Source: Strigamia acuminata (taxonomy: Eukaryota). From it: 64,000 nt of DNA. Shown in pieces: positions 58,701-64,000 of the stretch. Made by a program: the position numbers and the translations under genes. Numbering within the stretch: position 1 is the stretch's first letter; every line of letters begins with the position of its first letter. The notes beneath the pieces were generated by a model. It worked only from the letters and a program-made list of their open reading frames with translations, searched no databases and was not told the DNA's origin. The stretch is from assembly GCA_949358305.1 (NCBI GenBank), contig OX442314.1, positions 14,942,001 through 15,006,000 of the forward strand, given 5' to 3'.

Positions 58701-61700
58701 GTTAAATTGCTTTTTATGGCGCAAGATACGAGTGGAACGGAGAGTCGAAGGAGAGTGGAGGATATAAATTGGGAAGAAATTTATCGGTACAAAATTATTA
58801 ACATTTTTTTTATTTGAAGATTTATAGTTTGCTAGTATGCAGATAGATGTGCTGTTAGCGAGGCTGGTCTGCAGTATGCACCCAATCATGATGGCAGTGG
58901 TTCTTTTGAGCCTTCATTGTGCAGCATTGAAATCAATAGTTTTGTGTAGAGATGAAGGGAAAAGCATCTCGCTGACAGATGACTGGCTTCGAGCTAACGA
59001 TAATACCGAGCCTTGTTTTTATGGCTTCACGGTCCAGACCTTATAGACAGTTTGTGATTTATATCCTATAAACTTATGATTCGAATTTTTTCTCTCCTGG
59101 CGCCAACTGGTGGCAAGCACAAAGCCCGAGCTGAAATTTACAAGCGTTTGTTAGTTTACTGGAGTAATACACAACGGCAAGATTGCTTGATAGTGGGATA
59201 AACAGCTTGATTGAAGACTCGCAGACCGGTTGAAATGCTTAGCACATATTAGCCCAGCACTGTTCCTTAAGCTTTAAACTTGTTTGTGATGTGCTTTTTA
59301 AGTGTGATGAGAGTGGAGTGAAAGAACGGGAAGGGTAACGTGCAACTGCACCTGAGCAACTATTGTTCGATGCCAAGCAATGATTCGAGAATTTTTTTTT
59401 TTTTTTTTTTTTTATACCTTATTTTTTAAAGCCTTAGTTCGAGTGCTATTTTTAATTAAATTGCATGATTTGAGATTGATTTTTATTTTTTTTTATATTT
59501 ATTTTTTAGCGAGACAAAAAATGCTCGCGAAATTCTAGATTTATTTATTTTTATTTTTTTTGTTTGTATAGAAAAAGAAATATTCGATTTCCTAAATACT
59601 AGCACTGCTTTCCTGTAATTGGTATGGATTGGGCGTGCTGCAGTCAGGAATTGAGTTTTTTTTGGCGGTGGTGGTTGGTAGCAGTGTTCCTCAACTTTTT
59701 TTTGGAGTTTTTTTATTTTATTTTTATATTTTTACTTTCTCACACGAGTTTGTTGTGCCTTTGCAGCGTCTTTTGTGCTTCCTTTAAAGCCTTGGTATTC
59801 GTGGTGCAGATACAGTGGGTAGTTGTTCAATTTCTATTGAGCTGTGAAAAAAAAAATACTCACACCCACGTTCTAGTTGGAGATAAGTCTATAAAGAAAT
59901 CCTAGTGAGCAATGGAATTTTGGCTAAAAGCGATACGGATGGCGCTTGTGTATAAATATAGGCTTTGTGATTGGCTTTTTATCCAATCGAGTGACGAAAG
60001 AAATCTATCTATGGTGAAAATGGAGGATTGCTCGGCTACGAATTAATGAGAATTTTTTACAACCTTCGTTTTCTGACTGATGTCACATCGAAATTGAGCA
60101 ATTTGAATTCAAAAGGATTTTCGTTCGCCCTTTTTACTGAATGTTGAACATACGCACAATTAATGCGGACATTTTTTTTATATTTTATTTTACGAGTTTG
60201 AAATTTCTCGGGGGGTAGAGAATTGTTGCAAGACTTGAGTATTGATTAGGAATCTCGTAAGTAGAAAGAAGCTGCTTGTTCGCAGCCCACCCAGGGAGTA
60301 ATGTAATAGTTGATTAATGGTCTTATCAATTGCGCATAACTTTGGGGATTTATGATTATTATAAACACCTAACGATGTTAAATTTGAAATTTGAAATTTT
60401 AGACAAGAAAAATGGTAATGATGGGTATATTTTTGAAAGCGTATTTAGCATAAAAGGCAATTCGGTATATTGTGACGTACAGATTTGTTTCTTTTGCGAA
60501 CCTGAGTCGCTTTTACCGAGTAAATTATCCGCTAGATTTATAGCCGTCATTTCGTTCACCAATAAAACTTGAAACCGACTTGTCAGCGGCCTAATTGTGA
60601 CATGTAAAGTCGATTTAAAGGGAGCCCCTATGAAAAAAGCGAAGAAATAAAATGCAGAAATACTTTATGAGTTAAATTCTCTCACAAGTCAGTGGTATGA
60701 TATTAAAAGAATAAAAAAGGTTTTATCTGTACACAATCGGTAAGTGAAGCAGCTATGATGAAGTTTGAATTCTTTGTTAGCAGGGCAGGATGACCAACGA
60801 CAGGAATTTTCTCATTAATTCCAGAACTAGTCGATGAGTTGCTCTTTGCGGCTGTGCAACCCTAAGGGAGTGGGTTTGGCTTTGAAACGGTGGAAAATTT
60901 GAATACCTTCAGCCAATATTCATGTAATTTGAAACGGGGATTTGCGGTGGGGAAGTTTTCTTTAGGGCTTATTGAACGGTTTTTTTCCTTCTTTCTCTAT
61001 CTCTCCAACCTCTCCTCCGCTACTCCAGACTCTAAAGAGAGGACTTTAGATCCTTTCCTTTTTGCTGTTTTTGAAATGAGGCGATAGGTGTCGTGTTCTT
61101 TTTCTTTTTTTTTTCCTTTCGTATAATTTTTTTTTGTCCTTAATTGAATTTACGTTTGATGGTGTAGAATCAGCCAAAAGAGCAAAGCAAAGTCTTCACG
61201 GCGCTGACATTTACTCCGGATGCTGTACTTTGAAGATCGAATATGCTAAGGTGAGTTTTTCTAATTACGGTAACTAATAAACGGTGGCGTGTGGATTAAA
61301 TTTTGATGTGGCTCAGCTTTCTCATTAGTATTTTATTTAGCCAGTTTGTAATTACATTTTGCTTTTATCTTTTATTCCCTTTGAATTTCTCAAGTATACC
61401 TCATGTTTCGGCGTGGAGGAGGCAAACGTTGAGGTTGATTACACGAAAGGCACTTGAAAAGTGATGCTATTTAGTGGCGTTTAATATTCTGAAGATATTT
61501 GAAAGTAGTTTTGAATGTTTGCTGAATTTAACTGGGTGATGTTCAGCTTGAAAGCGTTGCATTTTGAAATGCGCACACGAGTTTGGAGCGATATTTCAAA
61601 CACATTAAAATAATTGAGAGGTTCCGTTTGGCATAATGTGGTAATAACTTCGTGTAGCCAAATGGAATAATAATAATCCACGATGTATCCCTATAATTAC

Positions 61701-63484
61701 TGCTTGGCAACCCTTTAGTCCCGGGATTAAGAGTGGGAATTAGACTTGTCACTACAAAGAAATAAATTGCTGTTTTGTTATTACTGTTATTACTATTAAT
61801 TTCATTTGGGTCGTTTTTTGCACATCTATATTGGCCGAATGTTGCCGTATTTTACTTAAAAACACAATAAATGACATGTATAGCTGTAATTTATTTAGCT
61901 TTTTAATAGAAAAAGTTTGGTGTGGCCATAAAAATTTAGTAGTTTTCAAGTTGACAGTAGTGAAGACATGACATGCACAATTGATTCTCGAGCATTCTAC
62001 TCGCAATTTTACTGTCACCGGCAACGTTTTGAGACAAAAAAAATGTATATGGAGTTTTGCATCTGCGTCGGCAAGTAAGCCGCTATTATATTCGGATGGT
62101 TAACGGTGAAAACAGGAAAAAACTAACAACTCCTTTATAGCTTTAATTATGCAGTTTAAAATGATAATGAATCCACCATGGCAAAAGGGTTGAGATTCTT
62201 TTTATTTTTTTTTTATTTTTTTTTACCTCTGGAAATTTGGTATGCAAATATGTTTTAATTTATTTTTATATTTTACTTTTTTTAATTTAAAAAAAGCAAT
62301 TGTGTTTTGATGTGCTTTTTAGTTTAATTTATTGTTTTGAAAATGTGATAAGTCATGTTTTTTCGGGTTTTATTACTCGAAGCAGCATTCGGGGAAAAAT
62401 ATGATAAAAGAAATGCATATTGAACATGTATGGACATTTGATATGATTTCAATCTCCGGTTTTATGATTGGATTTAGTTTTCTTTCTTTTTTATTTTTAA
62501 AAAAAAATAAATATCGAAAGGAAAAAAAAGACTAGCAATGCAGAATTGATTTTGCAATCATGAGGAAAAAAATGCACGCGACTAGCGGAATAATAAATTT
62601 GTTTTGATGTGCAGGTAAACTTTCCAAATGCCAATCTTGCATGTAATTCGAGGAACGATACGATTTTTAATTTTAGGTTTTTTGCTTGTTTGTTTTTTTG
62701 GTTGCAAATGTACGAGTCAATTTCTGAAGCAAATAAAACATCAGCCTGAATTTCCTTTGTGCCACTTGGAAATTTCGTTTTTATCACCGGGTTTTGGCCC
62801 CAGACTTGCTTTCCCCTTCGAACAAATTGCCAAGACTTCTTTCTGTCTTATTTTTTTGTTCCATCTTACAAGATGGATTTGAGTTGTTAGGGCCCATATC
62901 TGCTGCCTTTTACCGCGAAAAGCTTGGGTGCAGGTGCGTGTTTTTCTAGTTCCTTCCTTTGCCTTTTGATACGTAAAATGGAATGGGCCGTTGAGAAAAA
63001 GTCGAGACTTGTTCGGCGCTTGCAGCTAAAAGCCACTTGCATCTGATCCTTATATAGGAAGAAAATTGTTGACAATTTTGGCATGGATACTCGTTGCCTC
63101 TTCTTTTTGCTTATATTTTTATTTTTATTGTCAAGTTGCTTTTTTTGTGGTTGACACTGGTGGTTTTTTTTACGATCTTTATTAGAAACTTAAATGTCGG
63201 ATCCAGTTGGTGTTTTTCTTTTCTCTTTTTTTGTGATGCCGTTTTGGGAAAGAGACCCGCGTTAATGACACTTGTCGGCGGTTTAAGAGGAAAAAAGAAA
63301 GATAAAAGCAAAAGTAAATAAATAATTGAGAATTTAATCATTTGCCACATCAATTTGCGTGTGATATACTTTGTTTTTTATTGTTTTTTTGAATATTTCT
63401 TATCTTTTCATTTCTTTCAGCCATCAAGGCTGAATGTTTACAAGAACGATACGGAAAGTTGGGATTACACCAATCCTAATCTAA
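49736..63484 (+). CDS. HNRNPL: hnRNP L / smooth-like RNA-binding protein, 5' part; gene continues past the window
   Basis: Exons 49736-49801, 50490-50542, 57623-57695, 58575-58660, 61154-61250 and 63421-63484 join in frame: ..ANHILLMTVLNPAYPITV DVIHTICSPSGQVLRVVIFKKNGVQAMVEFDGVESAKRAKQSLHGADIYSGCCTLKIEYAK PSRLNVYKNDTESWDYTNPNL. Confidence 0.93.
58661..61153 (+). other. U12-type (minor spliceosome) AT-AC intron
   Basis: 5' splice site ATATCCTTT at 58661, branch site TCCTTAAT at 61137-61144, terminal AC at 61152-61153. Removal restores the conserved AMVE-FD frame. Confidence 0.93.
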
Positions 63485-64000
63485 GTAAGTAATCTTTGTT
63501 TATTTTTATTGCGTTTTGTTAATTATGATGATATTCGGGAATGGACATATTTTGCTATTCAATATATTGACGAGTTAAATTATTTCCGGGACGCTAGTTT
63601 ATAGATTAATGCGCAATTTATACGAGAGATTTAAGCTTAATTAGCTGAAGCGAATTTTGATTGCTTTTGATTTGATAATCTTACAGTGACTAAGCAAATT
63701 AAATAAATTCCTTTTTTTTTCTAAATTGTTTTACATTAAAATAGTTGGTTGCGAATTTGCATTTAATCGGAAATATTTGGTGGCTTATGTTCACTTATTA
63801 TAAATTAAATAATAGGTGACGGTAAGTGCAATTGCAGATGAGTAAATTACATGGCGTAGTCAAATCATCGATAATTAGGCTTGATGAGTTCAACAGAAAA
63901 TTGAAAATTATTAAACAAATATTTGAAATTGGCAGTTTTGCAAATGATAAGTTTCCATTGGGATTTTATGAGTAGACGTTTATCGGATAATGTGCATGAT

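Noticed and set aside
59061..59069. Extra U12-like donors (ATATCCTAT here; GTATCCCT near 61685)
   Set aside because: They mismatch the strict consensus and have no supporting upstream exon or tandem arrangement.
45200..64000. Many 60-110 aa ORFs in intergenic and intronic DNA
   Set aside because: Low-complexity F/L/K/I-rich translations of AT-rich sequence, many with non-ATG starts and no recognisable domains.

Overview
AT-rich, intron-dense eukaryotic DNA, most likely from an arthropod. That assignment is inferred from an Expanded-type FERM gene and a smooth-type hnRNP L. No rRNA, tRNA, CRISPR or prokaryotic features were recognised. Genes were spliced by hand and named from remembered family motifs, not database searches. 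In order: EHBP1 5' part (-), a C2H2 zinc-finger gene (+), PPP4R4 (-), then an accessory ~10 kb segment, then expanded-like FERM (-), THADA (+), BROX (-) and hnRNP L/smooth 5' part (+). The accessory segment holds a deleted, stop-containing PLRG1 pseudogene that the ORF track misses, a divergent MYND-PHD/EGLN prolyl hydroxylase (-), a small orphan Cys-cluster gene (+), and two tandem orphan paralogs ending in a MetAP1-type C6H2 (MYND-like) zinc finger, separated by repeats and a MITE. Highlights: the C6H2 gene pair, with one intron present in only one copy; a relic RRM1 exon and a minor-spliceosome AT-AC intron in hnRNP L; PHD substitutions at HIF-contact positions; and a GC-rich hairpin just after the PPP4R4 start codon.
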